The notes: generated by a model from the letters alone, not told the origin. Numbered from the stretch's first letter, positions 28,085 to 39,830 are shown. The stretch is DNA of 64,000 nucleotides from Hyphomicrobiales bacterium (GCA_021775495.1 JAJFHT010000071.1:4244-68243); one strand, 5' to 3'. Program-made: numbers and translations.

Positions 28085-29908
28085 CTATTCGACGGTGACC
28101 GATTTCGCCAGATTGCGAGGCTGGTCGACATCGGTACCCATGTGAACAGCGGTGAAGTAGGCAAGCAGTTGCACCGGCAAGGCGTGAATGATCGGCGCGA
28201 TGATTTCCGGCACATCCGGAACGACAATGGTTTCGAGCGTGTCCATGTCGGTTTTCGCTGCACCGCGCTCATCGGTGATCAGGATTATGCGCCCACCGCG
28301 GGCGGCAACCTCCTGCATATTGGAGATTGTCTTTTCGAATATACGATCGAAAGGAGCGATGACGATAACCGGCATTTGCTCGTCGATCAGCGCAATCGGC
28401 CCGTGTTTCAACTCCCCGGCAGCGTAGCCCTCGGCATGAATATAGGAGATCTCCTTGAGTTTCAGCGCACCTTCCATGGCAAGCGGGAAGTTGGTATCGC
28501 GGCCGAGATAAAGGACATGGCGCACTTGAGCCAGCTCACGGGAAATCTTTTCGATCTGTTCTTCAAGCTTGAGCACCTGGTTGGCAAAACGCGGCGCTTC
28601 GGACAGCTGGCGAACCAGCTGGTTTTCTTCCTCGGCCGTGATCTTGCCCCGTTCGCGGGCGGCGCGAACCGCCAGAGCTGCCAGCACGGACAGCTGACAG
28701 GTGAAGGCTTTTGTCGATGCAACGCCGATTTCCGGACCGGCCAGGGTCGGGAATACGACATCCGACTCCCGGGCGATGGTGGAATCACGCACATTGACGA
28801 TCGAGCCGACACGCACTCCCTGACTGCGGCAATAGCGCAGCGATGCCAGTGTATCGGCTGTTTCGCCGGATTGAGAAACGAACAGCGCGATGCTGTCTTT
28901 CGACAGCGGCATTTCGCGGTAACGGAATTCAGATGCAATATCGACATCAACGGGCAATCGGGCGAACCGTTCGAACCAATATTTCGCAATGTGAGCGGCA
29001 TAATAGGCCGTACCGCAGGCCGAGATGGCCAGGCGATCCACGTCGGCAAAACTGAACGGCATATCGATAGCGTTGGACGTGCCGGCGGCAAAATCGAGAT
29101 AATGGGCCAGTGTGTGTGATATCACCTCGGGCTGTTCATGGATTTCCTTTTCCATGAAGTGCCGGTGGTTGCCCTTGTCGACCAGAAACGCCGTACCGAC
29201 GGACTTTTGCTGCGCACGTTCGACCATTTGCCCATCGGCATCGTAGATGACGAGCGAACTGGAGGTCAGAACTGCGCGGTCGCCGTCCTCGAGATAGGTG
29301 ATGACATTGGTGAACGGTGCCAGCGCAATTGCGTCGGAACCCAGATACATCGAACCTTCGCCATGTCCGACCGCAAGCGGCGGGCCATTGCGGGCGCCGA
29401 CGATCAGGTCGTCTTCCTGCGTGAACATCAAGGCCAGCGCATAGGCACCTTCCAGCCGGCGGATGGCGCTTAGTGCGGCATCGACCGGAGATTTGCCCGA
29501 TTTGATTTCCCGAGAAACCAGATGTGCAATAACCTCGGTATCCGTCTGGGACGCGAAGGAATAGCCATCGGCCTTCAGTTCGGTGCGCAGTTCGGAAAAA
29601 TTCTCGATAATGCCATTGTGCACGACCGCGACATCGTCGGAAAAATGCGGATGCGCATTGGTTTCATTCGGCACACCGTGAGTCGCCCACCTGGTGTGAC
29701 CGATGCCGATCTTGCCATCAAGCGGATCATCCTTGAGCCGCTGCTCCAGATTGACAAGTTTGCCCTCGGCGCGACGCCGCGCCAGCAATCCGTCCTCCAA
29801 TGTGGCCACTCCGGCGGAATCATATCCGCGGTATTCCAGCCGTTTCAGCGCATCAACCAATAGCGGTGCGACCGGTTCGCCACCGATTATTCCAACAATT
29901 CCACACAT
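28085..29908 (-). CDS. glmS: glutamine--fructose-6-phosphate aminotransferase (isomerising)
   Basis: Start set to the ATG at 29908, giving MCGIVGIIG (N-terminal nucleophile Cys), with a GGAGGG RBS. Two SIS domains and a C-terminal ...NLAKSVTVE. Confidence 0.95.
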   Translation of the reverse strand: MCGIVGIIGGEPVAPLLVDALKRLEYRGYDSAGVATLEDGLLARRRAEGKLVNLEQRLKDDPLDGKIGIGHTRWATHGVPNETNAHPHFSDDVAVVHNGIIENFSELRTELKADGYSFASQTDTEVIAHLVSREIKSGKSPVDAALSAIRRLEGAYALALMFTQEDDLIVGARNGPPLAVGHGEGSMYLGSDAIALAPFTNVITYLEDGDRAVLTSSSLVIYDADGQMVERAQQKSVGTAFLVDKGNHRHFMEKEIHEQPEVISHTLAHYLDFAAGTSNAIDMPFSFADVDRLAISACGTAYYAAHIAKYWFERFARLPVDVDIASEFRYREMPLSKDSIALFVSQSGETADTLASLRYCRSQGVRVGSIVNVRDSTIARESDVVFPTLAGPEIGVASTKAFTCQLSVLAALAVRAARERGKITAEEENQLVRQLSEAPRFANQVLKLEEQIEKISRELAQVRHVLYLGRDTNFPLAMEGALKLKEISYIHAEGYAAGELKHGPIALIDEQMPVIVIAPFDRIFEKTISNMQEVAARGGRIILITDERGAAKTDMDTLETIVVPDVPEIIAPIIHALPVQLLAYFTAVHMGTDVDQPRNLAKSVTVE

Positions 29909-30067
29909 CTCAGGATAGCCCTCCACCACGCATGGTCTGTCTAGCGACATCCGTTCAGGCCGGAAAGTCACATATCATTTCAGTATCTTACACGGTCTAC
30001 TTGCACCAGTTTCAGCGCAAATCATCGCACAAATGGGTTTCAAAGCCGTTATTGCAATGAACGCAAA

Positions 30068-31432
30068 TCAACCGGATTTGCTCGTCCGCCGGTAGAGCGC
30101 ACGCAGCTTCGGCGCACGGTTTTCCTTATTGATCTGGCGGGCTCTCCCAAAGGAAACAGCATTTGCCGGGACCTCTTCGGTGATCACGCTGCCCGAGGCC
30201 ACATAGGCATTGTCGCCGACCCGAACCGGAGCAACCAGTGAGCTGTTCGAGCCGATGAATGCCCCTTTGCCGATTTCAGTCAAATGTTTGTTGTAGCCGT
30301 CATAGTTGCAAGTGATCGTTCCCGCACCGAGATTGGCGTTCGCCCCTACAACGGCGTCGCCGACATAGGTCAGGTGATTGATCTTCGCACCGGGATGAAC
30401 CACCGCCTTCTTTACTTCACAGAAATTGCCGACTTTAGCTTTTTCACCAAGCTCCGTCCCAGGCCGCAGTCTTGCATATGGTCCGACCTGCGCACCGGTG
30501 GCGACCGTGGCGCCCTCAAGATGCGAGAATGCTCGGATCAGAACATTTTCGGCGATCTTCACGCCCGGACCGAAAAAGACATTTGGCTCGACAACCGTGT
30601 CCTGGCCGATCTCCGTGTCATGGGAAAAAAACACCGATTCCGGCGCCAGAAGAGTCACCCCGGAAAGCATCATCTCCCGCCGCCGGCGGTCCTGCCATAT
30701 CCGCTCAGCGGCAGCCAGTTCCGCGCGGGTGTTGATGCCGAGCACATTGTCGTAATCGACCTCAATGGCAATTGTCGAAAGCCCCCGGGCTCGGGCAATT
30801 TCCACCACGTCCGTCATGTAGTACTCACCCTTGGCGTTGTCGTTGCCAACGGCTTCCAACAGTTCCAGCGCATGCTCTCCCGCAAGCGCCATCAGCCCGC
30901 CATTGCAGAATTCGATTTTCCTTTCCGCTTCAGATGCATCCTTTTCTTCGCGGATGGCGAGTAGGCTCCCGCCCTGCTCGATCAGGCGACCGTAACCCGT
31001 CGGCCTGTCGGTTCTGAAACCCATGACAACGACATCGGCGCCGGCAGCAAGCACTTCGCGCGCCCGTGACAAGGCATCGGCTTCGATGAGGGGCGTGTCA
31101 CCAAATACCACCAGGATGTCGTCATATCCGCGTGCTATCGCCTGGCGGGCCGCCAGAACCGCATGCGCCGTGCCAAGCCGCTCGGTTTGTTCATATACAT
31201 CCGCCGAAGGGCAAAATGGATTGACGGCTTGGAGAACCTCAGGCCCTCCGCGCCCTACGACAAGCGAGATCTGCGTCTGATCGCCGTCATCATGCGCGAT
31301 AGAAGCCGCACGTGCGACATGACCAACCATCGAAAGCCCGGCTATGGGATGCAAGACTTTGGGCAAAGCGCTTTTCATGCGGGTGCCCTCGCCGGCGGCC
31401 AGGATCACTGAAAGGCAGGTTCGGGTCGTCAT
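30068..31432 (-). CDS. glmU: bifunctional UDP-N-acetylglucosamine diphosphorylase / glucosamine-1-phosphate N-acetyltransferase
   Basis: 454 aa. [11 protein letters not shown] nucleotidyltransferase motif and C-terminal left-handed beta-helix hexapeptide repeats. Confidence 0.95.
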   Translation of the reverse strand: MTTRTCLSVILAAGEGTRMKSALPKVLHPIAGLSMVGHVARAASIAHDDGDQTQISLVVGRGGPEVLQAVNPFCPSADVYEQTERLGTAHAVLAARQAIARGYDDILVVFGDTPLIEADALSRAREVLAAGADVVVMGFRTDRPTGYGRLIEQGGSLLAIREEKDASEAERKIEFCNGGLMALAGEHALELLEAVGNDNAKGEYYMTDVVEIARARGLSTIAIEVDYDNVLGINTRAELAAAERIWQDRRRREMMLSGVTLLAPESVFFSHDTEIGQDTVVEPNVFFGPGVKIAENVLIRAFSHLEGATVATGAQVGPYARLRPGTELGEKAKVGNFCEVKKAVVHPGAKINHLTYVGDAVVGANANLGAGTITCNYDGYNKHLTEIGKGAFIGSNSSLVAPVRVGDNAYVASGSVITEEVPANAVSFGRARQINKENRAPKLRALYRRTSKSG

Positions 31433-31491
31433 GGGTTGAGTCCGTTCACTCTGTTAGATTGCTGAATTTCCATTGTGGTGTTCTGGCCAGA

Positions 31492-32175
31492 TCACAATGC
31501 GGCAACGAGGCCGTCCTGCAAGGTGACACGACGATCCATCCGCTCGGCCAGCGCGTGGTTGTGCGTGGCTATCAGGGCTGCAAGGCCAGATTGCCGCACC
31601 AAAGCTTCCATGGCTTCAAATACATAACCCGCCGTGACCGGATCAAGGTTTCCGGTCGGCTCGTCCGCCAGCAGAACCAATGGCGCATTTGCTACCGCTC
31701 TTGCAATGGCGACGCGCTGCTGTTCTCCCCCCGATAGTTCGGACGGGCGGTGCTGGGCGCGCTTTGATATCCGCATATAGTCGAGAAGCTGCATGGCGCG
31801 GGCTTCCGCCTCGGCATGTTTGAGGCCGCGGATCAGTTGCGGCATCATAATGTTCTCAACCGCGGTGAATTCCGGCAGCAGATGATGAAACTGATAGACG
31901 AAACCGATATCATTTCTTCTGATTGCAGTGCGTTCGTCATCCGACAGACGTCCGCAGGCCCGGCCATCCAGAACAACCTCCCCGGCGTCGGGGCGCTCCA
32001 GCAGCCCAGCCAGATGCAGTAATGTCGACTTGCCCGCCCCCGAAGGCGCAACCAGTGCTACCATTTCGCCACGGTGCAGAGAGAAATCCGTTCCGGACAG
32101 GATCGACAGTCTTTTCGACCCCTGCACAAAATGGCGCTCAACCGATTTGAGCTCCAACATTACCCTACCGGCCAT
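31492..32175 (-). CDS. lolD: lipoprotein-releasing ABC transporter ATP-binding protein LolD
   Basis: Start set to the ATG at 32175, overlapping the lolC stop (TGATG). Walker [10 protein letters not shown], signature [14 protein letters not shown], Walker [12 protein letters not shown]. Confidence 0.85.
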   Translation of the reverse strand: MAGRVMLELKSVERHFVQGSKRLSILSGTDFSLHRGEMVALVAPSGAGKSTLLHLAGLLERPDAGEVVLDGRACGRLSDDERTAIRRNDIGFVYQFHHLLPEFTAVENIMMPQLIRGLKHAEAEARAMQLLDYMRISKRAQHRPSELSGGEQQRVAIARAVANAPLVLLADEPTGNLDPVTAGYVFEAMEALVRQSGLAALIATHNHALAERMDRRVTLQDGLVAAL

Positions 32176-33464
32176 CACTCGTACCTCAACGCTTCCACTG
32201 GGTCGAGTTTGGCGGCACGCCATGCGGGGAAAAGGGTTGCCAGAAACGACAGGATCAGCGCCATGCCGATTACGGTCATCGTTTCCCAAAAGTCCATCTT
32301 GGCCGGCAACTGGCTGAGGAAATAGAGCTCGGGATTGAAGATTGTCGTCCCGGACAGCCAGGAGAAAAACTGCCGGATCGACTCTACATTCAGGCACACG
32401 ACCACACCAAGCAGTACGCCTGCAACTGTACCGGTCATGCCGATAGCTGCACCGGTCATCAGGAATATGCGCATTACCGCACCCCGGCTTGCGCCCATGG
32501 TACGCAGGATAGCGATGTCGCGTCCCTTGTCCTTCACAAGCATGATCAGGCCGGAAATAATATTCAGGGCTGCAACGACGACAATCAGTGTGAGGATCAA
32601 AAACATCACATTGCGCTCGACCTGCAGGGCAGAGAAAAAGGTACGATTTCGCTGACGCCAGTCGGTCAGGAAAAGCTGCCTTTGCGCGGCCTGTTCGATC
32701 GGTTCGCGCAACAGGTCGACATCATCCGGCTGATCGACGAATATCTCGATCGTTTGAACCCGGTCTTCCGAGTTGAAATAGAGCTGCGCTTCCTTTAGCG
32801 GCATGAATATGATCGATGCATCATATTCCGACATCCCAACTTCGAAAATCATGCTGATCGGATAACTTTTGACCCGTGGCGTCACACCAAGCGGAGAAAC
32901 ATCGCCTTCTGGTGAAACCAGTGTGATGGAATCGTTCACAACCAGGCCAAGACTCTCCGCCATTCTGCTGCCAATGGCGACGGCCTCACCGGCGTCAAAT
33001 CCATCGACCGATCCGTGTTTAATGTTTTCAGCGACCAGGCGCAGTGACAACAAATCTTCCGATCTGATGCCACGTACGAGGGCACCCGTACCTGCGCCGA
33101 TTCGACCGGATGCGAGTGTCTGCCCCTCAACCAGGGGAATTGCGTATTTGACGCCGTCGACGGCCGCGATTCTGCTGGCGACTTCGCTGTAGTCAGTCAA
33201 CGGTTGGTCTATGGGTTGCAAAATCAGATGACCATTCACGCCCAGAATGCGATCCAGCAGTTCGGCGCGAAATCCGTTCATCACAGCCATAACGATGATA
33301 AGTGTGGCGACACCAAGCATGATGCCGGCAAAGGAGAAACCCGCAATGACTGAAATGAACGCTTCCCTGCGCCGCGACCGCAGATAACGCCAGGCAATCA
33401 TGCGTTCGAAAGGCGAAAACCGGCCCGCCGATGCATTGGTTTTGTGCGGTGCCGTATCGCTCAT
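32175..33464 (-). CDS. lipoprotein-releasing ABC transporter permease, LolC/LolE family
   Basis: 429 aa. MacB/FtsX-type topology with a large periplasmic loop. ATG overlaps the proS stop (ATGA). Confidence 0.85.
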   Translation of the reverse strand: MSDTAPHKTNASAGRFSPFERMIAWRYLRSRRREAFISVIAGFSFAGIMLGVATLIIVMAVMNGFRAELLDRILGVNGHLILQPIDQPLTDYSEVASRIAAVDGVKYAIPLVEGQTLASGRIGAGTGALVRGIRSEDLLSLRLVAENIKHGSVDGFDAGEAVAIGSRMAESLGLVVNDSITLVSPEGDVSPLGVTPRVKSYPISMIFEVGMSEYDASIIFMPLKEAQLYFNSEDRVQTIEIFVDQPDDVDLLREPIEQAAQRQLFLTDWRQRNRTFFSALQVERNVMFLILTLIVVVAALNIISGLIMLVKDKGRDIAILRTMGASRGAVMRIFLMTGAAIGMTGTVAGVLLGVVVCLNVESIRQFFSWLSGTTIFNPELYFLSQLPAKMDFWETMTVIGMALILSFLATLFPAWRAAKLDPVEALRYE

Positions 33465-34789
33465 CGATCTGTGATCAGCCTGTTCAGTGCGTCATCGATG
33501 GAAAGGGTTTCACGCTCGCCTGTGCTTCTGTTCTTGATCTCGACCTGGCCGTTCGCCACGCTACGGGGTCCAGCAATCACCTGCCATGGAAGACCGATTA
33601 GATCGAGACTGGCAAATTTGGCGCCTGCACGCTGGTCGGTATCGTCATACAGCACTTCCAGCCCAGCGGCCGACAAAGCGCCATAGAGTTTATCACACGC
33701 CGCATCGCAGGCCGAATCCCCAGGCTTCATGTTGATCACTCCGACGGCGAAAGGCGCTATGGCCTCGGGCCACACAATGCCATTTTCATCATGAAACGCT
33801 TCGATGATGGCGGCGACAAGTCGTGACGGTCCGATCCCGTAGGATCCCATTGAAACCGGATGCTCCTTGCCGTCGGGCCCGGTCACGGTCGCGTTCATGG
33901 CTTCAGAATACTTGGTTCCGAAGTGGAAAATATGACCGACTTCAATGCCACGGGCAGCCAGTCGCTTGTCGTCCGATATTCCGTCCCACACCGCCTCGTC
34001 GTGCATTTCATCGGTCGCAGCATAGGGCGTCGTCCATCTCTCCACGATCTCCGCAATCTGTTTGTCATCGCGGAAGTCCGTGTCTGCCTCGGGCACTGAC
34101 ATTTCCAGATAATCCCGGTGGCAAAACACTTCAGATTCACCTGTTTCTGCCAGGATTATGAACTCGTGACTGAGGTCACCGCCTATCGGACCCGTGTCAG
34201 CGCGCATCGGAATGGCGCTCAATCCCAGGCGCGAGAACGTTCTCAAATAGGCAACGAACATCCTGTTATACGCCGCGCGCGCACCTTCATGGTCGAGATC
34301 GAACGAATAGGCGTCCTTCATCAGAAATTCACGCGACCGCATGACGCCAAACCTCGGGCGGACTTCATCGCGGAATTTCCATTGAATGTGATAGAGATTC
34401 AGCGGCAGATCCTTGTAGGATCGCACGTAGCCGCGGAATATATCCGTGACCATTTCTTCGTTGGTCGGCCCGAACAGCATATCGCGTTTGTGCCGGTCGG
34501 TGATGCGCAACATCTCACGGCCGTAATCATCATAACGTCCGCTTTCGCGCCACAGGTCGGCCGACTGGATGGTTGGCATGAGGATCTCGATTGCCCCAGC
34601 GCGGTTCTGCTCTTCGCGTACAATCGCGTTGACCTTTTCCAGCACCCGAAGCCCGAGTGGCAACCATGAAAAAATGCCGGCCGACTGTTGCCGGATCATG
34701 CCCGCCCTCAACATCAGTCGATGCGAGACGATCTCCGCCTCACGCGGTGTTTCTTTCAATATAGGCAGAAAAAACTGCGACAAACGCAT
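33461..34789 (-). CDS. proS: proline--tRNA ligase
   Basis: 442 aa. Class II aaRS motifs and a C-terminal anticodon-binding domain. Short form without the large editing insertion, as usual in alphaproteobacteria. Confidence 0.95.
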   Translation of the reverse strand: MRLSQFFLPILKETPREAEIVSHRLMLRAGMIRQQSAGIFSWLPLGLRVLEKVNAIVREEQNRAGAIEILMPTIQSADLWRESGRYDDYGREMLRITDRHKRDMLFGPTNEEMVTDIFRGYVRSYKDLPLNLYHIQWKFRDEVRPRFGVMRSREFLMKDAYSFDLDHEGARAAYNRMFVAYLRTFSRLGLSAIPMRADTGPIGGDLSHEFIILAETGESEVFCHRDYLEMSVPEADTDFRDDKQIAEIVERWTTPYAATDEMHDEAVWDGISDDKRLAARGIEVGHIFHFGTKYSEAMNATVTGPDGKEHPVSMGSYGIGPSRLVAAIIEAFHDENGIVWPEAIAPFAVGVINMKPGDSACDAACDKLYGALSAAGLEVLYDDTDQRAGAKFASLDLIGLPWQVIAGPRSVANGQVEIKNRSTGERETLSIDDALNRLITDR

Positions 34790-35132
34790 TGGGAAATCCG
34801 TCCAGTATCGTCGGGCCGCCCCGGAATCAGGACAGTTTGGGGCAGAAATGGTTGGCAGCGCTTCTTAGCCATTTCACAGCGATATGGGAAGCCGCGATCG
34901 AAAATGAAGAATGGTTGGAATGCCGCATTTTTGTGCATTGCAACGAAAGTCGGTGACAGGTGATCGAAAATTAATGATGACAAGTCAGGCGGAGTTGGCT
35001 AAAAAGTCGTCATAATTGAGAAGGCGGTCAATGAACGGCCTTCCAGCGCGGTCAAAGTCTTGGGAGGATGCGATTTAGGGCGCGATCGTTCGCAGCCGTC
35101 GGGAAACCGGCTATAAATCGGACGCGCGAATT

Positions 35133-35160
35133 GCAAGGCTCTGAGCCTTGCTTTTTTTTT
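35133..35160 (+). terminator. plus-strand intrinsic terminator with no annotated plus-strand gene upstream
   Basis: GCAAGGC-tctga-GCCTTGC followed by nine T. The minus-strand reading has no U tract after the hairpin. Confidence 0.55.
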
Positions 35161-35179
35161 ACCTCAATTCAGTCACGAT

Positions 35180-35449
35180 TCAGCTGAAATCCGGCATGAT
35201 CTGCGGCAGGTCGTCAAAGCCGAGCCCGAGAATTTCGACCATCACGAAATACGCTGCGAAAATCGCCATAGCGGCGATGGTCGTCCTTATCAATGTTCGG
35301 ACCATGTGAGGACGACCAGGCGCGCTCGATGTCGTGCCGAGCGTGACATCTCCGTCATCATCCTGTGTGCGCAAGCCGATCGGTAGCATGGCAAACAGCG
35401 CAATCCACCAGATGATAAAAAATACCGCCAGTCCAGAAATCCAGTTCAT
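35180..35449 (-). CDS. DUF1467-family small membrane protein
   Basis: 89-aa product from the ATG at 35449 (MNWISGLAVFFIIWWIALFAMLPIG...), two hydrophobic helices. Starts 4 nt after the mce stop. Confidence 0.75.
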   Translation of the reverse strand: MNWISGLAVFFIIWWIALFAMLPIGLRTQDDDGDVTLGTTSSAPGRPHMVRTLIRTTIAAMAIFAAYFVMVEILGLGFDDLPQIMPDFS

Positions 35450-35453
35450 CGGC

Positions 35454-35858
35454 TCAACATTCTTCCAGTTCCACCAGAGTTCCGTCGAAATCCTTCGGAT
35501 GCAAAAACAGAACCGGTTTTCCGTGTGCACCGGTTTTTGGCTCACCATTGCCGAGGACACGGGCGCCGCTGGCGGTCAGATGATCCCGCGCGGCAATGAT
35601 GTCGCTGACTTCGTAACAAATATGATGAATGCCACCGGATGGGCTTTTCTCAAGGAATGCCCGGATCGGGGACTCCTCCCCCAGCGGTTCGAGCAGTTCG
35701 ATCTTCGTATTGGCCAGTTCAACGAAGACCACCGTCACGCCGTGTTCGGGAAGGGCCTGGGGCTTTGAAACCTCGGCCCCTAGTGTGTCACGGTAGGTGC
35801 TGGCAGCGGAATCCAGATCCGGAACGGCGATGGCAACATGGTTCAGTCGTTCAAGCAA
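35454..35858 (-). CDS. mce: methylmalonyl-CoA epimerase (VOC/glyoxalase fold)
   Basis: (M)LERLNHVAIAVPDLD...HGVTVVFVEL.NTKIELLEPLG...GGIHHICYEV. TTG start at 35858 with AAGGA 8 nt upstream gives the usual 134 aa. The alternative ATG at 35906 would add 16 aa. Confidence 0.8.
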   Translation of the reverse strand: MLERLNHVAIAVPDLDSAASTYRDTLGAEVSKPQALPEHGVTVVFVELANTKIELLEPLGEESPIRAFLEKSPSGGIHHICYEVSDIIAARDHLTASGARVLGNGEPKTGAHGKPVLFLHPKDFDGTLVELEEC

Positions 35859-35934
35859 GGTTCGGTTCCTTTGTCGGAGCGGCGAGCGCGATTTCGGATT
35901 GCGCACCCTATCTGTCTGTTTTTGGCATCATGTA

Positions 35935-37608
35935 TCAACCACGCGTCACGAACACCGTGGTAACCGGCTTCTTGCCCCAGATGTCCCGCGCCGCGGCACG
36001 CACTGCACGGCGCACCGCTTCACGAACAAGCTCCAGATCTTTCCGCCGGGAGCGTGGAATTCCGTCGATGGCGCCGATCGCCGCATCCAGCATCAGGTCC
36101 TCAAGGAACTCACCGCGGCCATCGGATTCGGGAACACCGACGGCCACCAGGTCGGGCTCACCAATCGGATTAAGTTTTGAATCAAGCACGACATTGACTG
36201 CCACGTGACCGGTGAATGACAATTTCCGGCGATCGCGAATTCCAACCTGCTCGTCATCACCGATCAGCTTGCCGTCTTTATAGACACGGCCGAAGGGCAC
36301 CTGATCGATTATCTCAGCGGCGCCCGGGGCCAATCGCAGCATGTCTCCGTTTCGCGGTTGCGCGACCTCGGGAACACCCGCGATCGAGGCAAGCGAGGCA
36401 TGGGCCACAAGATGTGCTGCCTCTCCGTGGACTGGCACTGAAATGCGCGGGCGTACCCACTTGTACATCTGTTTCAGTTCACTGCGGCGCGGATGACCGG
36501 AAACGTGAACCAGCGCATCATCGTCTTCTATGATCCGCACACCCATTTCGATCAACGCGTTTTTGGTTTCCAGAATCGGTTTTTCGTTTCCGGGGATCAC
36601 GCGGGATGAATAAATCACGGTATCGCCTCGCGACAGACTGACATGGCGCATTTCATCACGGGACAGTTTTGCCAGAGCGGCGCGGGATTCCCCCTGGCTC
36701 CCGGTGCAAAGGATGACTACATTCTCCCGCGGTATGTATCCGAAATCCTCCTCTTCGAGGAATTCCGGCAGCCCGTCCAGATATCCAAGCTCAGTGGCGA
36801 CTTCGATGACCCGCTTCAAGGAGCGACCAAGAACCAGAACCTGACGGCCCGCATCGCGGGCGGCTTCGGCAATTGACCGAATTCGTCCGACATTGGACGA
36901 GAATGTGGTGATCGCCACCCGTCCTTCCGCTTGTTCGATCAATGTTTTCAAGCTCGCATTGACGGCCTGTTCGGAAGGCGATTCCCCATCGCGCATGGCA
37001 TTGGTGGAATCACAGATGAGCGCAAGCACACCCTCATCACCGACCGCTTGAAAACGCTCGCCATCGGTTTTCGGACCAATCGCCGGTGCGTCGTCGATTT
37101 TCCAGTCTCCGGTATGAATCACCGTTCCGGACGGTGTCCTGATGACAAGCGACATCGGTTCGGGAATGGAATGGGTGACGGCAATTGCCTCAATCTCAAA
37201 CGAACCCACTGAAATTCTGTCGCCGGCCCGGTAGATCGACACCGGAATATCAGGGGCGCCGCGTTCAGACTGCCGTTTTGCCTCCAGCAAACCAGCCGTA
37301 AATGGCGTTGCCCAGACGGGAACACGGAGTTTTGGCCAAAGGTCGAGCAATGCGCCGTAGTGGTCTTCGTGGGCATGGGTGACAATTATGGCTTTCAGTT
37401 TTGGCCGCTCGTTTTCGATGAAACGCGTGTCGGGAAGAACCAGGTCCGCGCCCGGCAATTCCGGCCCCGGAAAGGTCACTCCGCAATCGACGACAATCCA
37501 TTCACGGTCACCCGCAGGTCCAAAACCGTATAGCGCGAAGTTCATACCAATCTCGCCGACACCGCCGAGTGGGACGAATACCAGTTCGTTTTTGTCCCGC
37601 TTTGTCAT
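35935..37608 (-). CDS. rnj: ribonuclease J (metallo-beta-lactamase/beta-CASP RNase)
   Basis: Start set to the ATG at 37608 (MTKRDKNELVFVPLGGVGEIGMN), overlapping the birA stop (TGATG). HAHEDH zinc motif and beta-CASP region. Confidence 0.85.
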   Translation of the reverse strand: MTKRDKNELVFVPLGGVGEIGMNFALYGFGPAGDREWIVVDCGVTFPGPELPGADLVLPDTRFIENERPKLKAIIVTHAHEDHYGALLDLWPKLRVPVWATPFTAGLLEAKRQSERGAPDIPVSIYRAGDRISVGSFEIEAIAVTHSIPEPMSLVIRTPSGTVIHTGDWKIDDAPAIGPKTDGERFQAVGDEGVLALICDSTNAMRDGESPSEQAVNASLKTLIEQAEGRVAITTFSSNVGRIRSIAEAARDAGRQVLVLGRSLKRVIEVATELGYLDGLPEFLEEEDFGYIPRENVVILCTGSQGESRAALAKLSRDEMRHVSLSRGDTVIYSSRVIPGNEKPILETKNALIEMGVRIIEDDDALVHVSGHPRRSELKQMYKWVRPRISVPVHGEAAHLVAHASLASIAGVPEVAQPRNGDMLRLAPGAAEIIDQVPFGRVYKDGKLIGDDEQVGIRDRRKLSFTGHVAVNVVLDSKLNPIGEPDLVAVGVPESDGRGEFLEDLMLDAAIGAIDGIPRSRRKDLELVREAVRRAVRAAARDIWGKKPVTTVFVTRG

Positions 37609-38384
37609 CAATTGTTTCCAGATCCGTTGGAGAAAAACAGGTCGCCGGCAGAAATACGTTTTGTGTCTCCGTCGGCCAGGCGCAAACGGAGACAACCGTC
37701 CGCGTCGATATCTTCAAATAGGCCTTCAAGGCGGCCATCGGCAAGGTTTACCGTGACCGGTTCGCCAATCCCGGCAGCTGCATCGATCCATTGTTCACGA
37801 ATCGCGGTGAATGCCCTGCCCCGATCCCACAATGTCAGCATTTTCGCCATCTCTTCAGCCAGGCCGGCAAAAACCTGATCCGACATCACATCGACGCCAG
37901 CATCCGCCAGACTTGTCGTCGGATAGAGCGCCTCTTCCGGATGGCTCTGGCAGTTTATGCCGCATCCAACGACCACCACGGTTTTTCCCTCAATGGAGGA
38001 CTGGCTTTCCAGCAGGATGCCGTTGATCTTGGCACCGTTGAGCAAAATGTCGTTTGGCCACTTGATGGCAATCGTGTTGCCAGAACCTGAAACCACTTGT
38101 TTCAGCGCCCGAAACACGGCCAATGCCGTGACAAGCGGCAGGGTTGCCAGTTGTGGCATCGGTGCCGGATCGATCAGCAGAAGCGACGCATAAAGATTAC
38201 CAGGTTCCGACACCCAATTGCGGCCACGTCGCGCCCTGCCAGTCGATTGACTTGTTGCGGTGACCCACAGCATTCCCTGGTCCCCGCGGCGTGCCTGGGC
38301 AAATGCCTCGTCATTGGTTGAACCAACGCTCCCGAGCGCCAACCGACGATATCCTGCAATTCCGGCGATTGCCTCCGGGACCAT
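37608..38384 (-). CDS. birA: biotin--[acetyl-CoA-carboxylase] ligase (class I, no N-terminal HTH)
   Basis: 258 aa. GRGRRGRNW-type biotin-binding loop (TGRARRGRNWVSEPGNLY) and a KWPND motif. Starts 9 nt after the nuoN stop. Confidence 0.85.
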   Translation of the reverse strand: MVPEAIAGIAGYRRLALGSVGSTNDEAFAQARRGDQGMLWVTATSQSTGRARRGRNWVSEPGNLYASLLLIDPAPMPQLATLPLVTALAVFRALKQVVSGSGNTIAIKWPNDILLNGAKINGILLESQSSIEGKTVVVVGCGINCQSHPEEALYPTTSLADAGVDVMSDQVFAGLAEEMAKMLTLWDRGRAFTAIREQWIDAAAGIGEPVTVNLADGRLEGLFEDIDADGCLRLRLADGDTKRISAGDLFFSNGSGNN

Positions 38385-38393
38385 GCGTTTCGG

Positions 38394-39830
38394 TCAGAAG
38401 AAGGTTTTTGCGGCGGCTTGTGCAATCGTGCTGATCGGCCCGCCGATCAGAACGTAGAACAGCACGAATGCGCCGGACACGCCCAACACAAGTCGCAACT
38501 CGCCGGCCATTGGAACAAATCGTTCAACCGGTTCGTCGAACCACATGATCTTGATGATACGCAGATAGTAGAACGCGCCAACGACCGATGCCAGAACGCC
38601 GATAACCGCGAGAGCCAGAAGATCGGCCTCGATCGCTGCAAGGAACACGTACCATTTCCCCCAGAAACCGGCGAGCGGGGGGATACCGGCAAGCGAAAAC
38701 ATCAGGATGGTCAAAATGGTCGCCATGACCGGATTGGTGGAGGCGATACCGGCCAGGTCATCAATTTGCTCGACATTGCCTTCCTTGCGACGCATCGCAA
38801 GAATGACCGCGAAAGTGCCGAGCGTCATGACCAGGTAAATCAGCATGTAAATGACAACGCCGCGGACCCCGGCAAGCGACCCGGCCGAAAGACCGACAAG
38901 GGCGAAGCCCATGTGTGCGATCGACGAGTAGGCCATAAGGCGTTTGATGTTGCGCTGGCCAATGGCGGCAAAGGCTCCGAGCAGCATCGACGCGATGGAA
39001 ATGAACACGATGATCTGCTGCCAGTCCGCTGTCACCGGTTCGAATGCACCGACAACGACCCGTACGAGCAATGCCATGGCCGCAATTTTCGGTGCAGCGG
39101 CAAAAAACGCTGTCACCGGAGTCGGAGCGCCCTCATAGACATCGGGCGTCCACATGTGGAACGGCACAGCAGAGATCTTGAACGCCAGTCCGGCGAGGAC
39201 AAAAACCAGTCCGAACAGCAGACCAAGCTGACGCTCGGAACCGGACAAGGCACTGGCGATTTCGGCAAATCCGGTATTGCCGGTGTAACCGTAGACTAGG
39301 GAAATTCCGTATAACAGCATGCCAGACGAAAGCGCGCCGAGGACAAAATACTTAAGGCCGGCTTCGGTCGAGCGGACACTGTCACGGTTAATGGCGGCGA
39401 CGACATAAAGCGACAGCGACTGCAGTTCCAGCCCCAGATAGAGCGCGATCATATCGTTGGCCGATATCATCAGCAGCATCCCGAGGGTTGCGAGCATGAT
39501 CAGGACCGGAAATTCGAACTTGTCGAATTTCTCCGCACGAGCAAACCCGACCGACATGACGAGCGTGACGATCGAGCCGACCAGGGTCAGGATTTTCATG
39601 ATGTGCGAGAACGGATCGTTGACGAAAGCGGTTCCGAACGCCGTGCCCTCGACGGGGACGAGCAGCAACACCGCCCCGGCGGCAAGCAGAATGGCAACCG
39701 CAAGACCGGTCACCAGGACATTCGCTCGTGATCCGGAAAACACACCAATCATCAGCAGTGCCATGGCACCTACTGCCAGGATCAGCTCCGGTGCGGCCAT
39801 TGTCAGGCTTGGTATCAACTCCACCGTCAT
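38394..39830 (-). CDS. nuoN: NADH-quinone oxidoreductase subunit N
   Basis: 478-aa antiporter-like polytopic protein, last in the nuo order. Confidence 0.9.
   Translation of the reverse strand: MTVELIPSLTMAAPELILAVGAMALLMIGVFSGSRANVLVTGLAVAILLAAGAVLLLVPVEGTAFGTAFVNDPFSHIMKILTLVGSIVTLVMSVGFARAEKFDKFEFPVLIMLATLGMLLMISANDMIALYLGLELQSLSLYVVAAINRDSVRSTEAGLKYFVLGALSSGMLLYGISLVYGYTGNTGFAEIASALSGSERQLGLLFGLVFVLAGLAFKISAVPFHMWTPDVYEGAPTPVTAFFAAAPKIAAMALLVRVVVGAFEPVTADWQQIIVFISIASMLLGAFAAIGQRNIKRLMAYSSIAHMGFALVGLSAGSLAGVRGVVIYMLIYLVMTLGTFAVILAMRRKEGNVEQIDDLAGIASTNPVMATILTILMFSLAGIPPLAGFWGKWYVFLAAIEADLLALAVIGVLASVVGAFYYLRIIKIMWFDEPVERFVPMAGELRLVLGVSGAFVLFYVLIGGPISTIAQAAAKTFF

Noticed and set aside
27956-29119. 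387-aa plus-strand ORF antisense to glmS. Similar shadow ORFs: 21744-22718 opposite mfd, 13335-14213 opposite the TRAP SBP, 18454-19266 opposite the YejA-like SBP, 38418-39299 opposite nuoN and 62648-63547 opposite metY
   Set aside because: All sit opposite well-supported genes, have low-complexity Arg/Gly/His-rich translations and lack RBS or family signatures. I treat them as shadow ORFs.
29909-30067. glmS ribozyme or other riboswitch in the 159-nt glmU-glmS spacer
   Set aside because: The glmS ribozyme is a Gram-positive feature, and I recognise none of its conserved core here. The spacer is most simply a promoter or leader region.
35031-35078. 15-codon sORF (MNGLPARSKSWEDAI) with GAAGG upstream in the proS/DUF1467 gap. 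Also the 13-codon sORF at 34973 and the 19-codon sORF at 34904
   Set aside because: They are too short and lack supporting features such as conservation, hydrophobic or leader-peptide character, or strong RBS spacing. The region is better treated as a candidate non-coding transcript.
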